A DNA stretch of 64,000 nucleotides from Bacteroidales bacterium (GCA_029007645.1 JAQXIE010000034.1:10124-74123), one strand, 5' to 3'. Shown: positions 40,518 through 51,524, numbered from the stretch's first letter. Numbers and translations: made by a program. Notes: generated by a model from the sequence alone, not told the origin.

Positions 40518-41243
40518 TTACAGTCTTCCGAATAACTTCTTGAGGCGCAGGCTTATGACTCCGAATACAGCTTCTCCGAATATCGATGAATTCATTTTAG
40601 AACTGCCAAGCATGCGGTTCACGAAAACAATAGGCACCTCAACTATCTTGAATTTCTTGTTGTATACCTTGTACTTCATCTCGATCTGGAACGCATATCC
40701 TTTAAATTGAATCTTGTCCAGATTCAGGGTCTCGAGCACCTTTCGGCTATAGCATACAAAGCCGGCTGTAGCATCGCGCAGGGGCATCCCGGTGACAATC
40801 CTGACATACATCGAGGCGAAATATGACATGAGTACGCGTCCCATGGGCCAGTTAACCACATTTACACCCGTTATGTAGCGGGAGCCTATCGACATGTCCG
40901 CGCCACGGTCCTTGCATTCATGATATAATTTAGGAAGATCCTCAGGATTGTGCGAGAAATCGGCATCCATCTCGATCACGTACTGATAATCCTTCTGAAG
41001 CGCCCATCGGAATCCATGTATATATGCGGTCCCGAGTCCTAACTTCCCTTTGCGTGTTTCCATATGCACACGGCCGGGATACTGGCTCATCTTGGCACGG
41101 ACTGCGTCCTGCGTGCCGTCAGGTGATGCGTCATCTATGATCAGAACTTCAAACTCATCGGGCAGTTTCATCACTGCATCTATGATGTTCGAAATATTCT
41201 CAATTTCGTTGTACGTTGGAATGATGACTAATGCTTCGCTCAT
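40518..41243 (-). CDS. GT2 polyprenol-phosphate mannosyltransferase (Dpm1-like)
   Basis: 241 aa with IIPTYNE...DDASPDGT...MDADFSH motifs. Confidence 0.88.
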   Translation of the reverse strand: MSEALVIIPTYNEIENISNIIDAVMKLPDEFEVLIIDDASPDGTQDAVRAKMSQYPGRVHMETRKGKLGLGTAYIHGFRWALQKDYQYVIEMDADFSHNPEDLPKLYHECKDRGADMSIGSRYITGVNVVNWPMGRVLMSYFASMYVRIVTGMPLRDATAGFVCYSRKVLETLNLDKIQFKGYAFQIEMKYKVYNKKFKIVEVPIVFVNRMLGSSKMNSSIFGEAVFGVISLRLKKLFGRL

Positions 41244-41270
41244 GATTTCCGATTTTGTCTACAAAATTAA

Positions 41271-41278
41271 GAAAAATA
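41271..41278 (-). promoter_or_regulatory. -7 promoter box (TAATTTTG on the minus strand) for the GT2 gene
   Basis: Exact TAnnTTTG 28 nt upstream of the ATG at 41243. Confidence 0.5.
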
Positions 41279-41368
41279 TTTATGAATATGCGATTAGTCG
41301 TATTTATTTATCGATTTCATCCAAACTTTTTCAGACTGCAGATTCATAATATCCTCGGATCGGTGCAG

Positions 41369-42586
41369 TCAAACGTCCTCTGTAAGAATGAAGATATTTC
41401 TGCCGTCGACGGTCGATGTGCAGATCAAAGACCTGCCGTCACCCTCCCTGAAAGCATACTTCCGCCTGATATCGGCTGCCCCTACAGGATAGGCACGGCT
41501 CACTACCCGCAACCTTTCCCCCTTCATTCTTTTCAATCCTTTGGAATCGGGTAATGAGACGATTCTTGATACCTTGCCAGGAAATCCAGCAGGCGCCACA
41601 GGGCTTATATATAATCCTGAATTCTTTGTAAAGGATTTTATGTCGGGAAACCGGGATGCTAACAATGAACCGCAATTAAGTTTTCGTACACCGGCTCCCG
41701 TCTCGCAAAGATAATTTCCCGGAATGAGATCACCTGATCCTGCATAAATCATTCCGGAATCGCCCAAATCGCCGGCTTGGCAACTTAACTCATAGGCCGA
41801 CGACGGGACTCCCGTGGGGAATACATCGTTCGATTGCTCTATGTCTATCACATGGATTGCCGGGGCACTGACGTCGTGTCCCAACTCAATCAGTACTTCC
41901 TTGCATTCGCCGCGAAACGACACGATATGTATCGTTTCTACATGTTTCAGATCGCGAAGTGTCTGGGTGATGTCAAGCAGGGGAGAACCTTTGATAAGAA
42001 TACGCCGGGCATGACTCAACAACATCTGTTCATTCACGGTTACATCGGGCAGAGAATCCTGTAGCCTGAAACAGCGGACATCGGAATTGTCACGCCGGGC
42101 CGGATCAATATAAATCCAGTCATATAGCTGATCCGTACGCGACAGCGTGGCTATGCTGTCCTCGTTAGCAACCGACAGTCGGTCGAGTCCGAGCATTTTT
42201 GCATTATGCTCCAATGTTAGGGCTCGTGTTTTATCTATTTCATAGGCTGTGACTTCGCAATTGTTCAAGGCGAAAGTCATGGCGTCGATACCGAGACCCG
42301 CAGTCATGTCCGCGACTTTGCGGCCACTGCCGATTATCTGCGAATGATATAGCGCAACGGCTTGATTCGTGGCTTGCTCGGAACTCTGCAACGATGGAAA
42401 CAGAAAACGATCATGGGCAAGAAACCATGGAAGCTTCGTAGCACACTTCCGTCTGGCTTCAATCTGCATCAGGGCATCCTGCAAATCAAATTGCAGATCG
42501 CGGCTATGCCATTTCAGTGCCAGATTTCTGACGTCCTCCCGAGCATGACTCTTTATAAATTCGGATAATTCATTGATATTTTCCAT
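41369..42586 (-). CDS. Class I SAM-dependent methyltransferase with a THUMP-like C-terminal region
   Basis: 405 aa with SAM motif I (VADMTAGLGID). Family call is by recall. Confidence 0.7.
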   Translation of the reverse strand: MENINELSEFIKSHAREDVRNLALKWHSRDLQFDLQDALMQIEARRKCATKLPWFLAHDRFLFPSLQSSEQATNQAVALYHSQIIGSGRKVADMTAGLGIDAMTFALNNCEVTAYEIDKTRALTLEHNAKMLGLDRLSVANEDSIATLSRTDQLYDWIYIDPARRDNSDVRCFRLQDSLPDVTVNEQMLLSHARRILIKGSPLLDITQTLRDLKHVETIHIVSFRGECKEVLIELGHDVSAPAIHVIDIEQSNDVFPTGVPSSAYELSCQAGDLGDSGMIYAGSGDLIPGNYLCETGAGVRKLNCGSLLASRFPDIKSFTKNSGLYISPVAPAGFPGKVSRIVSLPDSKGLKRMKGERLRVVSRAYPVGAADIRRKYAFREGDGRSLICTSTVDGRNIFILTEDV

Positions 42587-42619
42587 CGCTGCAAAAATAA
42601 TGAATAGACTCCAACTGAC

Positions 42620-42651
42620 AAAACCACCGCACCCGAAGGCGCAGTGGTTTT
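42620..42651 (-). terminator. Rho-independent terminator after the ECF sigma factor gene
   Basis: The minus strand reads AAAACCACTGCGCC TTCG GGTGCGGTGGTTTT: a 10-bp core with two G-U pairs, a TTCG loop and a T-run. Confidence 0.8.
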
Positions 42652-42714
42652 ATGGCACGAACATTTAAAACTGCGATTACTGCATATGCTCCGCAAGCCG
42701 ATGCAGTGATGTTT

Positions 42715-43221
42715 TTATCTGTAATCCTTAAGCTGTTCTCTCAGTTGTTTGCGGGCGAAGAAGATGCGACTCTTGACAGTTCCGATCGGCAGATTCAGTT
42801 TCTCGGCGATCTCATTGTATTTGTAACCGGCCACAAACATGTTGAAGGGGATGCGGTAATCATCCGAGAAAGAGTTCAACGCAACGGAAATTTCTTTGAC
42901 GGCATAAGAGCCTTCGGGGGTTGCCAGACCTGAATCCTGACTTAAATTCAGATGATACAGATCTTCAGTCTGGTCAATTACGGTAGCCTTGCGGACGGAC
43001 TGGCGGTAATTGTTGATGAAGATATTGCGCATTATTGTGAATATCCACCCCTTGAAATTGACGTTGTCAACGTATTTCGACTCATTGTCCAGAGCCTTGA
43101 GTGTGGTATCCTGCAACAGATCTTCCGCCTGTTCGCGGTTGGTGGTAAGCTGGTATGCAAAGCTTAATAAATTTCCCTGCAATCCAATTACGCGGTCCTG
43201 AAATGATTTTGAATGTTTCAT
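42715..43221 (-). CDS. RNA polymerase sigma-70 factor, ECF subfamily
   Basis: 168 aa with region 2 (FKGWIFTIMRNIFINNYR) and region 4 (YKYNEIAEKLNLPIGTVKSRIFFARKQL). No adjacent anti-sigma gene. Confidence 0.9.
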   Translation of the reverse strand: MKHSKSFQDRVIGLQGNLLSFAYQLTTNREQAEDLLQDTTLKALDNESKYVDNVNFKGWIFTIMRNIFINNYRQSVRKATVIDQTEDLYHLNLSQDSGLATPEGSYAVKEISVALNSFSDDYRIPFNMFVAGYKYNEIAEKLNLPIGTVKSRIFFARKQLREQLKDYR

Positions 43222-43356
43222 CGCTGTTGTTTTAAATGTTCAATAATATAACAATACAGATTATGAAAGGTTCTAACAAATATTTAAGAAAATTTGCCAA
43301 TAATAGAAATATTATCGATAAACGGTTGAGTATCTGCATTATTTGGCTATAAAAAT

Positions 43357-43373
43357 TAATTTTGTTAATTTTG
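43357..43373 (+). promoter_or_regulatory. Tandemly duplicated -7 boxes (TAATTTTG x2) for the DEAD-box helicase
   Basis: TTAATTTTG TTAATTTTG direct repeat about 80 nt upstream of the ATG at 43452. Confidence 0.45.
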
Positions 43374-43451
43374 TGAAATAATGATGGACGGATATCCATG
43401 CATCAACTTTAATACGGACAATTCCAATTTGTCCGGAATCATACCGAAATA

Positions 43452-44882
43452 ATGAGATTTGACGAAATACTGACGAACGACGATGTGCTCGACGGTCTGT
43501 GGGACATGCACTTCGACGAATGCACACCCATACAGGAACGCACAATACCACCGGTGTTGGAAGGCCGCGACATTTTGGCATGCGCACAGACCGGTACAGG
43601 AAAAACCGCCGCTTATCTTCTGCCCGTAATAAACGAACTTGCTGAAGGCGGTTTCCCGGAAAACGCTGTTAATTGCGTTGTAATGGCTCCCACGCGGGAA
43701 CTTGCCCAGCAGATAGACAGGCAACTTCAGGGATTCGCTTACTTTATGCCGGTAAGCAGCATAGCCATCTACGGAGGTACCGACGGATACACCTACGACC
43801 AACAGCGCAAATCGCTTAAAATGGGCGCCGATGTAGTTATCGCCACCCCGGGCCGTCTGCTGGCTCATCTCAGCATGGGATATGTCGATCTTTCGAAGGT
43901 GTCCTACTTCATCCTCGACGAGGCCGACCGCATGCTGGATATGGGGTTCTATGACGACATCATGCAGATCTACTCCCATTTGCCTAAGGAGGTGCAGGTC
44001 CTGATGTTCTCGGCCACTATGCCTCCCAAAATCCAGCAAATGGCTTCAAAGATCCTTAAAAATCCCTTCGAAGTCAAACTCGCCGTTTCCAAACCTGCCG
44101 AGAAAATCAAGCAGTCGGTCTATATCTGCTATGAGACTCAGAAAATGCCTATTCTGAAAAAGGTATTTCAGGACAATCCTCCCAGCCGAGTCATTGTGTT
44201 TTCGGGTTCGAAACTCAAAGTGAAGAATCTGGCCCGCGAATTCAAGAAATTCCCCTTCAAGGTTGCGGAGATGCACTCCGATCTTGACCAGACCCAGCGC
44301 GACAACGTGATGCTTGATTTCAAGGCCGGGAAGACACAGGTCATAATCGCCACCGACATTCTGGCACGAGGCATAGATATCGACGACATCGAGATGGTGA
44401 TCAATTACGATGTTCCGCACGAACCTGAAGACTACGTTCATCGTATCGGACGTACGGCTCGTGCAGACCGTGACGGCAGGGCAATTACTTTCGTCTCGCC
44501 CGAAGAAAATTTCCGTCTTCGCAAAATCGAGAAACTTCTTGAGAAACCGATCGAACGGGAAGTTATCCCCGAAGAATTTGGAGAAACGCCTCAACTAAAG
44601 GAGCAAAAATCCGGCAAATCGGGTCGTCGGAATTCACGAGGTGTCAGCAGTGGAGGCAATCGCCGGCGCGGCGGTAAAAAAGATGCGCCGAAACCGGAAT
44701 CGAAATCGGCCGATACAAAGAAGAAACCTTCGGATACGGCAGAGAACAAGAACGGCCAGCAGCAGAATGCCACTGACCGTCCAAAGAGTTCCAAACGGCG
44801 AAACCGCCGTCGTAACAATCACTCGGCTACTTCATCGGTAAGTGCGAACCCGAGCACTTCCGAGGCTGAAGTCACGAAGTGA
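43452..44882 (+). CDS. DEAD-box ATP-dependent RNA helicase with a basic C-terminal tail
   Basis: Q motif, AQTGTGKT, DEAD, SAT and HRIGRTAR motifs, with an R/K/S-rich tail. Confidence 0.93.
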   Translation: MRFDEILTNDDVLDGLWDMHFDECTPIQERTIPPVLEGRDILACAQTGTGKTAAYLLPVINELAEGGFPENAVNCVVMAPTRELAQQIDRQLQGFAYFMPVSSIAIYGGTDGYTYDQQRKSLKMGADVVIATPGRLLAHLSMGYVDLSKVSYFILDEADRMLDMGFYDDIMQIYSHLPKEVQVLMFSATMPPKIQQMASKILKNPFEVKLAVSKPAEKIKQSVYICYETQKMPILKKVFQDNPPSRVIVFSGSKLKVKNLAREFKKFPFKVAEMHSDLDQTQRDNVMLDFKAGKTQVIIATDILARGIDIDDIEMVINYDVPHEPEDYVHRIGRTARADRDGRAITFVSPEENFRLRKIEKLLEKPIEREVIPEEFGETPQLKEQKSGKSGRRNSRGVSSGGNRRRGGKKDAPKPESKSADTKKKPSDTAENKNGQQQNATDRPKSSKRRNRRRNNHSATSSVSANPSTSEAEVTK

Positions 44883-47254
44883 AAATTAATATCCGAGATG
44901 TACTGCGAGGGTATCTCCTCGATATCCTTGCGGTTCTGCTCGCTTAACACCACATCCTGAATCCCGGCACGTTTCGCTGCCAGGATTTTTTCTTTTATGC
45001 CTCCTACCGGCAACACTTTGCCGCGCAGCGTCAGTTCGCCTGTCATGGCCACCTTGGCACGGACCTTACGCCTGGTCAGTGCTGAGGCAATTGACGTCAG
45101 GATTGTGATTCCGGCCGACGGACCATCCTTGGGTATTGCTCCTTCAGGCACGTGGATATGCAGCTCCTTGTTCTGGAATACTTCAGGATTAATGTCTAAT
45201 TTTGAAGCATTCGCCTTGATGTACTGAAGTGCCAGCACCGCAGATTCTTTCATAACGTCGCCAAGATTGCCTGTCAGCGTCAGCTTGGAATCCTTGCCCG
45301 ACGATACCGAGGATTCGATAAAGAGTATCTCGCCTCCAGCCTGCGTCCATGCCAGTCCCGTCACGACTCCGGCCAGATCGTTGCTCTCGCACATGTCGGG
45401 GAAATTGGTCTGCTTGCCTAGCATCTCGCGGACTTTGTCGCGCGTCACCAGTTTGTCGTATGCCTGTCCCGACACTTTCGCCCGCGCTATCTTGCGCATT
45501 ATCCCGGCTATTCGCTTTTCAAGCTGACGCACTCCGCTCTCGCGTGTATAGAAATTGATTATCTCACGCAGGGCATCCTCACTGAATTCGACATCGCCCG
45601 GTTCCAGTCCATGACGTTCCAGATTGCGTCCTACAAGATGCCTCCGGGCTATCTCAACCTTCTCATCCTCGACATACCCGCCGATTTCTATTATTTCCAT
45701 TCGGTCAAGCAGCGGACCGGTCACCGTCTCCAGAGAATTGGCAGTGGCGATGAACAGAATCTTGGACAGATCATAGTCGTAGTCAAGATAATTGTCGTGA
45801 AAATGGCTATTTTGCTCAGGATCAAGTACCTCGAGCAAAGCGGATTGCGGATCACCCTTGTAGTCGGCGCCCAGTTTGTCGATCTCATCAAGGACCATAA
45901 CCGGGTCGGACGTTCCGCATTCCTCAAGGGCTTTGAGGATACGGCCCGTCATGGATCCAAGGTATGTGCGGCGATGTCCGCGTATCTCAGCCTCGTCATG
46001 AACTCCACCAAGTGCCACACGGACATATTTGCGGCCCGTAGCCTCGGCAATGGATTTACCAAGCGAAGTCTTGCCGACACCCGGAGGGCCCACAAGACAC
46101 AGAATGGGGGCTTTCGTATCTTTGCGCAATTTCAATACTGCCATCTGTTCAATGATACGCTCCTTAACCTTCTCCATGGAGTAATGGTCGCGATTAAGGA
46201 TCCTCTCTACATCTTCGAGGTTGAAATCGGAGTCGCTGCATACATTCCACGGCAGATTGAGGAAGGTGTCGAGATAAGAATACTGCATTGCGTACTCCGG
46301 CGAATTTGTGGCATAACGCTGTAGCTTGCGCAATTCCTTGGCAAATGAGGCCGCAATATCCTCGTTCCAGGCCTTCTCAGCAGCCCGTTGCCGCAGATCG
46401 TCGTCCTCATTGTCATCAAGATCCATATTCAACTCCTGTTGCATTGATCTGATCTGAGCACGCAGGAATTCCTCCTTCTGTTTCGCTCCGAGCTGCGCCA
46501 TGGTCTTGCGATTGAGTTCCTCCCGCAACGCCAGCTTTTCAAGATGCACATTCAAATATCTAATCAGAACTTCCTGTCTGGTTGTCAGGTCCATATCGAA
46601 CAGGATCTCTGCTTTTTCTTCTACGCTAAGAGGGGAGTGCTGAATCATGAACGACATCCGCTCGAGTGAGCCGGCAGGTTTTCGGTCAAGTTCTGCCGAT
46701 ATCCGGTCCTTCACTTCGGGCACAAGGTATTTCAACGCTACATTGAAGACTGTATCAACCAGGGAATTCAGTTCCTGACCGCGTAGATCAGTGTCAACAT
46801 ACTTGTAAGGCAAGGTAACGAATGTCGCGGATACAAAATCCTGAGCATGCCATGATGTCGACACGACCGTACCTTGATAGCCGGTTCTCAACAGGGCCGG
46901 CGTTTCTGGACCGTCGTTAGTATTAACCGGACTATATTCCACAATTGTCGCAATTACACCACGACAGTCGCGGAATTTGGCCGCAACTATCATCTCGCCC
47001 ATGTCGGAGAATTCCGATTCCGGAATCATTATTATTGGAACCTGCTCTTCCCTGGCCTGGCGAAGTACTTCCCTCTGATAGTCCGATACGGGGGTGAAAG
47101 CCATTTCTGTATACGGCATCGCGACTTCATCGATAAGCGGAAGCACCAATACAGAGGTTACCCGGGACGGAATATCGAATTCCTCCTGACCTTTAAAAAT
47201 CGAATGAAACCTCTTGAGATCTCTTTGGAACTGCAGTTCTGATTTCTTTGTCAT
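44819..47254 (-). CDS. lon: ATP-dependent endopeptidase La (Lon)
   Basis: GPPGVGKTS Walker A and the PKDGPSAG catalytic Ser motif. The ATG at 47254 is preferred over the track start at 47302. Confidence 0.94.
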   Translation of the reverse strand: MTKKSELQFQRDLKRFHSIFKGQEEFDIPSRVTSVLVLPLIDEVAMPYTEMAFTPVSDYQREVLRQAREEQVPIIMIPESEFSDMGEMIVAAKFRDCRGVIATIVEYSPVNTNDGPETPALLRTGYQGTVVSTSWHAQDFVSATFVTLPYKYVDTDLRGQELNSLVDTVFNVALKYLVPEVKDRISAELDRKPAGSLERMSFMIQHSPLSVEEKAEILFDMDLTTRQEVLIRYLNVHLEKLALREELNRKTMAQLGAKQKEEFLRAQIRSMQQELNMDLDDNEDDDLRQRAAEKAWNEDIAASFAKELRKLQRYATNSPEYAMQYSYLDTFLNLPWNVCSDSDFNLEDVERILNRDHYSMEKVKERIIEQMAVLKLRKDTKAPILCLVGPPGVGKTSLGKSIAEATGRKYVRVALGGVHDEAEIRGHRRTYLGSMTGRILKALEECGTSDPVMVLDEIDKLGADYKGDPQSALLEVLDPEQNSHFHDNYLDYDYDLSKILFIATANSLETVTGPLLDRMEIIEIGGYVEDEKVEIARRHLVGRNLERHGLEPGDVEFSEDALREIINFYTRESGVRQLEKRIAGIMRKIARAKVSGQAYDKLVTRDKVREMLGKQTNFPDMCESNDLAGVVTGLAWTQAGGEILFIESSVSSGKDSKLTLTGNLGDVMKESAVLALQYIKANASKLDINPEVFQNKELHIHVPEGAIPKDGPSAGITILTSIASALTRRKVRAKVAMTGELTLRGKVLPVGGIKEKILAAKRAGIQDVVLSEQNRKDIEEIPSQYISDINFHFVTSASEVLGFALTDEVAE

Positions 47255-47413
47255 TATTATGTAGTATTCAGCATAATAACCAAGGCGACTGCATTGACGC
47301 AATCACCCCGGATAAATTTTAGGGTCTGTTCCTTAAACACATCCCCCCCAGTCCTCGTCCGGTCATGACACCGGCATAACAGGTCCCTTTATCTTAATGA
47401 ATTTTTCGTTCTT

Positions 47414-48199
47414 TTATTGTGCCTGGCGGGCAATTCTTCCCCTAACTTCGGTCAGATATGCATCCAGCGCATCAGCATCATGCTCCTTTACAATCCGATG
47501 AAGCTCGGTAAGCTTGCCCAAAATTTTCTCAAGCTGCTCGGACGTGTTCGGATTGAAAAGGATCTCACTCAGCAGGAAATCATCCTCCGACAGGAGGCCG
47601 CGCGCAATGTTCATATGGCGCTTGAAAGTCGTGCCAGGCGCCTTCTGAGGCTTCATCACTCCTGCGAAAGCCAATGTCGAAGCAAATGGAATTGACAACG
47701 AATAGGCTATGGTCTGGTCATGTTCCTGAAATGTGTATTCGGCAATGTTGAGATTAAGCCGTGAATACAGATCCCGGAAAAATACTTTGCCAAGATGGTC
47801 CCCTTCGGAGATAATTATGGCGTTCTCGTTGCTCAGATTGCTGAGTGACGCGAATGTCGGACCGAACATGGGGTGTGTGCTGACAAACGGGTGTCCGCAG
47901 TCGGCATAAAATTCAGGCAATCCGGTCTTGACCGATGCTATATCGCTCAGAATGCAACTGTCGGGCAGATAGGGGAGCACCTGTCGGAAGGCGTCGAGAG
48001 TGTATTTGACCGTAGCGGCATTGATCACCAGTTGAGGCTCGAAATCGCGCACTTCTTCCATACTGCTGAACCGCAACGCATTGAACGTGAAGCGAAGCCG
48101 CTTGCTGTCAGGGTCATAAACCGCTACCTCATGGTCGAAACTAAGCAGGTCGCAGAAGAAAGACCCCATCTTTCCACCCCCCAATATCAGTATCTTCAT
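47414..48199 (-). CDS. tyrA: Prephenate dehydrogenase
   Basis: 261 aa with an N-terminal Rossmann fold (KILILGGGKMG). Sits in the aromatic amino-acid operon. Confidence 0.85.
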   Translation of the reverse strand: MKILILGGGKMGSFFCDLLSFDHEVAVYDPDSKRLRFTFNALRFSSMEEVRDFEPQLVINAATVKYTLDAFRQVLPYLPDSCILSDIASVKTGLPEFYADCGHPFVSTHPMFGPTFASLSNLSNENAIIISEGDHLGKVFFRDLYSRLNLNIAEYTFQEHDQTIAYSLSIPFASTLAFAGVMKPQKAPGTTFKRHMNIARGLLSEDDFLLSEILFNPNTSEQLEKILGKLTELHRIVKEHDADALDAYLTEVRGRIARQAQ

Positions 48200-49305
48200 T
48201 TCTCCTCCGATTTTTTCTTCGACTTTTTCTCGGAATTTTCAGACAATTCAACCTGAATGCGCACCGACTCCTCATGAATTGTGGAGAGGATATGACGCAT
48301 GAACTCCTCGTTGATGCCCTGTGATGCCGCAGCCAACACACGGTTGCTCATAATGTCACCGTATCGGGCTGCCTGCACCACAGGCATGTTGTGCTCCAGT
48401 TTATATTGGCCGATCTCCTTCGACACTTTCATACGCTTGGCCAGGACCTCGATCAGTTCATTGTCGAGCTCATCGATGCGGCGGCGCATATGGGTCAGAC
48501 TCTCCGCAGGAATGGTGGGAGCGTCGCGGAACACCAGATTGTCAACTATTACATTGAGCACCTCGGGCGTGATCTGCTGGTTCTTGTCGCTCCATGCGCA
48601 ATCAGGATCGCAATGGCTTTCGATTATCAGTCCGTCAAAACCCATATCGAGAGCCTGCTGCGACAGTGAGGCTATCAGTTCGCGTTTGCCCGTGATATGG
48701 CTCGGGTCGCAGATGATGGGGAGATCTGGATAACGTCGGCGCAGTTCAAGCGGCAATCTCCAATGCGGATCGTTGCGGTAGATGCCGGGATTGTAGGTCG
48801 AGAAGCCACGGTGAATGGCGCCGAGCCTGCGCACTCCGGCATTATAGAGACGCTGCATGGCACCGATCCACAATTCCAGATCCGGATTAACCGGGTTCTT
48901 TACCAATACCGGAATATCCTTGCCGCTTTCCTTGAGGCAGTCGGCGATTTCCTGCATTGCGAAGGGGTTGGCCGATGTGCGGGCTCCGATCCACAGCAGA
49001 TCGACATCATATTCCAACGCCGATTCCACATGACTGCGGTTGGCCACTTCGGTAGCTACCTTCATGCCAGTCTGTTCACGGACTTTGCGCATCCATGCCA
49101 GTCCGGGAACACCTACACCCTCAAAGCCTCCCGGCTTGGTGCGGGGTTTCCATATTCCTGCGCGGAATATCTTGATGCCGGCTCGCGCAAGTCCCTGCGC
49201 CGTGCGCAATACCTGTTCTTCGGTTTCGGCACTGCAAGGTCCGGATATAATTATAGGTTTGGCGAGTTCCACGCCGTCAATTGCAAGGGGTAACAGTTGT
49301 TCCAT
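48196..49305 (-). CDS. Bifunctional DAHP synthase (type I-beta) / chorismate mutase
   Basis: 369 aa with an N-terminal DAHPS/KDO8PS-like barrel and a C-terminal CM type II helix bundle (RRRIDELDNELIEVLAKR). Confidence 0.88.
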   Translation of the reverse strand: MEQLLPLAIDGVELAKPIIISGPCSAETEEQVLRTAQGLARAGIKIFRAGIWKPRTKPGGFEGVGVPGLAWMRKVREQTGMKVATEVANRSHVESALEYDVDLLWIGARTSANPFAMQEIADCLKESGKDIPVLVKNPVNPDLELWIGAMQRLYNAGVRRLGAIHRGFSTYNPGIYRNDPHWRLPLELRRRYPDLPIICDPSHITGKRELIASLSQQALDMGFDGLIIESHCDPDCAWSDKNQQITPEVLNVIVDNLVFRDAPTIPAESLTHMRRRIDELDNELIEVLAKRMKVSKEIGQYKLEHNMPVVQAARYGDIMSNRVLAAASQGINEEFMRHILSTIHEESVRIQVELSENSEKKSKKKSEEK

Positions 49306-49333
49306 TATGTAAAGTATCTGATTGCGGTTGTTA

Positions 49334-50506
49334 TTAATTCATATTTTTGATTCTCTGGAAGGCTTCCTGCATGGCCTCCTCCGATGCACAAAGCGATATT
49401 CGGATATAACGTTCACCGTTCGAACCGAATATAAATCCGGGAGTCAGGAACACGTGTGCCTGCTGCAGAACCTTGTCGGCCAATGCTTCGGAGCTGACTG
49501 CAGGATCCTTGATGCGTCCCCACAGGAAAAGTCCCGTCTGGGTCGGATCGAACTCGCATCCTAATTCATGCATTATATCCTCGGCCACTTTGCGTCGCAA
49601 AGCATAAAGCGCATTTACTTTCTCATGCCATTCCGGGCCGGCCTCGAGTGCCTTGGCTGCCGCCAGCATCAACGGTCTGAACTGGCCTGAATCAATATTG
49701 CTCTTCACTTTGAGTATCCACGAAATGAACTGCGGGTTGCTTACCGCCACACCCACACGCCAACCGGGCATGTTGTGGCTCTTGCTCAGCGAGTTCATCT
49801 CGATAGCTATATCCTTGGCCCCCTCGACCTGCATAATGCTCAGCGGCGTCTTGTTAAGGATGAAGGAATATGGATTGTCATGAACGATTACGATGTTGTG
49901 CTTCTTGCCAAACTCGATAACCTTGCGGAACGTGTCCATGCGCGCGCCGGCTCCGGTGGGCATATGCGGATAGTTGATCCACATCAGTTTGATGCGTTCC
50001 AACGGCATTTTTTCCAATTCTTCAAAGTCAGGCTGCCATCCGTTTTCTTCTGTCAGATTGTACGGGAAGATCTCGGCTCCAAGCAATTTACTGATCGACG
50101 AATACGTAGGATAACCGGGATTGGGAATTAGCACGCCGTCTCCTGGGTTGAGGAAAGCGAGAGATATGTGGGTCACGCCCTCCTTTGATCCGATCAGAGG
50201 CTGCAGTTCCTTGGCTGGATCAACATCCACTCCGTACCATCGGCGGTACCAGTCGGCAAAAGCCTTGCGAAGTTCCGGCGCACCCGTATGGGGCTGATAT
50301 CCGTGATTGGTCGGCACATGCAGCGCCTGGGTCATGGTTTCTATGACCTCGTCATGAGGCGGCTGGTCAGGGCCACCGATGCCCAACGATATGACATCGA
50401 TGCCGGAGGCCTTCATCGCGGCAACCTCCCGCAGTTTGATCGAAAAGTAATATTCCTTTATATCTGAAACTCTGTCAGATGGTTTGATCTTGTCGTTCTC
50501 TTTCAT
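49334..50506 (-). CDS. Class I/II PLP-dependent aminotransferase (probable aromatic/prephenate aminotransferase)
   Basis: 390 aa with PLP lysine motif NSLSKSHNMPGWRVG. Operon context supports the call. Confidence 0.85.
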   Translation of the reverse strand: MKENDKIKPSDRVSDIKEYYFSIKLREVAAMKASGIDVISLGIGGPDQPPHDEVIETMTQALHVPTNHGYQPHTGAPELRKAFADWYRRWYGVDVDPAKELQPLIGSKEGVTHISLAFLNPGDGVLIPNPGYPTYSSISKLLGAEIFPYNLTEENGWQPDFEELEKMPLERIKLMWINYPHMPTGAGARMDTFRKVIEFGKKHNIVIVHDNPYSFILNKTPLSIMQVEGAKDIAIEMNSLSKSHNMPGWRVGVAVSNPQFISWILKVKSNIDSGQFRPLMLAAAKALEAGPEWHEKVNALYALRRKVAEDIMHELGCEFDPTQTGLFLWGRIKDPAVSSEALADKVLQQAHVFLTPGFIFGSNGERYIRISLCASEEAMQEAFQRIKNMN

Positions 50507-50518
50507 CTGAAATTCTCC

Positions 50519-51364
50519 TTATTCATGCATTATGCTGTCAACATATTCACCGAGGATCTGCAGCTCGCCGAGCAGAGGCCGGATAGCGTCCACAGCCTGG
50601 CGATAACGCACCAGGCTGTCGAATATCACATCGACGTAAAATCGGTATTCCCATTCTCTGCCTACTACGGGGGTCGACTGTATCTTGGTGAGGTTTATAT
50701 CATAGAACGAGAGTATTGTCAGGATCTTGGAGAGCGCGCCCTGCGTGTGGGGGATGGTAAACACCATCGAAGCCTTGTTGATTTCCCTTTCTGTTGGACC
50801 AATCTCGGAGGCAAGCAGCGAATCGGCTATTATCAGAAACCGCGTAAAATTGCGCTTGTTCGTTTCAATTCCTTTTTCCAGGATTTCCAGACCATACAAT
50901 TGGGCGGCATATTCTCCACACACCGCTGCATGACCGGTGAGCTGACGCTCGGCGATGTCTCTGGCACTTCCGGCCGTATCGAAACACTCCACCATCTTCA
51001 TGTTCGGATGCCTACGCAGATATTGTTCGCACTGCATCAAAGCCATGGGGTGGGAATTCACCTCGGTCAGCGATTCTATGGTCTGTCCCGGAAGCGCGCA
51101 CAGCACATGCGAAATGCGCATCTTGAATTCTCCGATTATCTTCAGATTGCTTTGACGCAGCAACTCATGATTCTGCAATAAGGAACCAGCTATCGTATTC
51201 TCGATAGCCAGTATACCTATCAGCGACGCATCCGACGAGAGCTTCTCGAACATTTCGGGAAACGAATCGCAAGGAATCGTCTCTATATTATCGTCCTTAA
51301 AATACAGGTGAGCCGCAGCATCGTGGTAGCAACCTGCCACGCCCTGAATCGTTACTTTTGACAT
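50519..51364 (-). CDS. pheA: Prephenate dehydratase
   Basis: 281 aa with a PDT domain plus an ACT domain (TRF and ESRP-like regions). Confidence 0.9.
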   Translation of the reverse strand: MSKVTIQGVAGCYHDAAAHLYFKDDNIETIPCDSFPEMFEKLSSDASLIGILAIENTIAGSLLQNHELLRQSNLKIIGEFKMRISHVLCALPGQTIESLTEVNSHPMALMQCEQYLRRHPNMKMVECFDTAGSARDIAERQLTGHAAVCGEYAAQLYGLEILEKGIETNKRNFTRFLIIADSLLASEIGPTEREINKASMVFTIPHTQGALSKILTILSFYDINLTKIQSTPVVGREWEYRFYVDVIFDSLVRYRQAVDAIRPLLGELQILGEYVDSIMHE

Positions 51365-51438
51365 CTGATAATTGATTACTCTCCGACCTTTGGCGTCAAT
51401 ACATGCTATAATACGCCCTTAGTCTCTTGTTTTATGCG

Positions 51439-51446
51439 CAAAGATA
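51439..51446 (-). promoter_or_regulatory. -7 promoter box (TATCTTTG on the minus strand) for the pheA operon
   Basis: Exact TAnnTTTG about 75 nt upstream of the pheA ATG. Confidence 0.45.
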
Positions 51447-51524
51447 CTCATTTTTGCTCTAAAAACAAGCATTTTTACAGGAAAATATCAATTATTGTGA
51501 ATTTTAGAAATATCAATAACGCTT

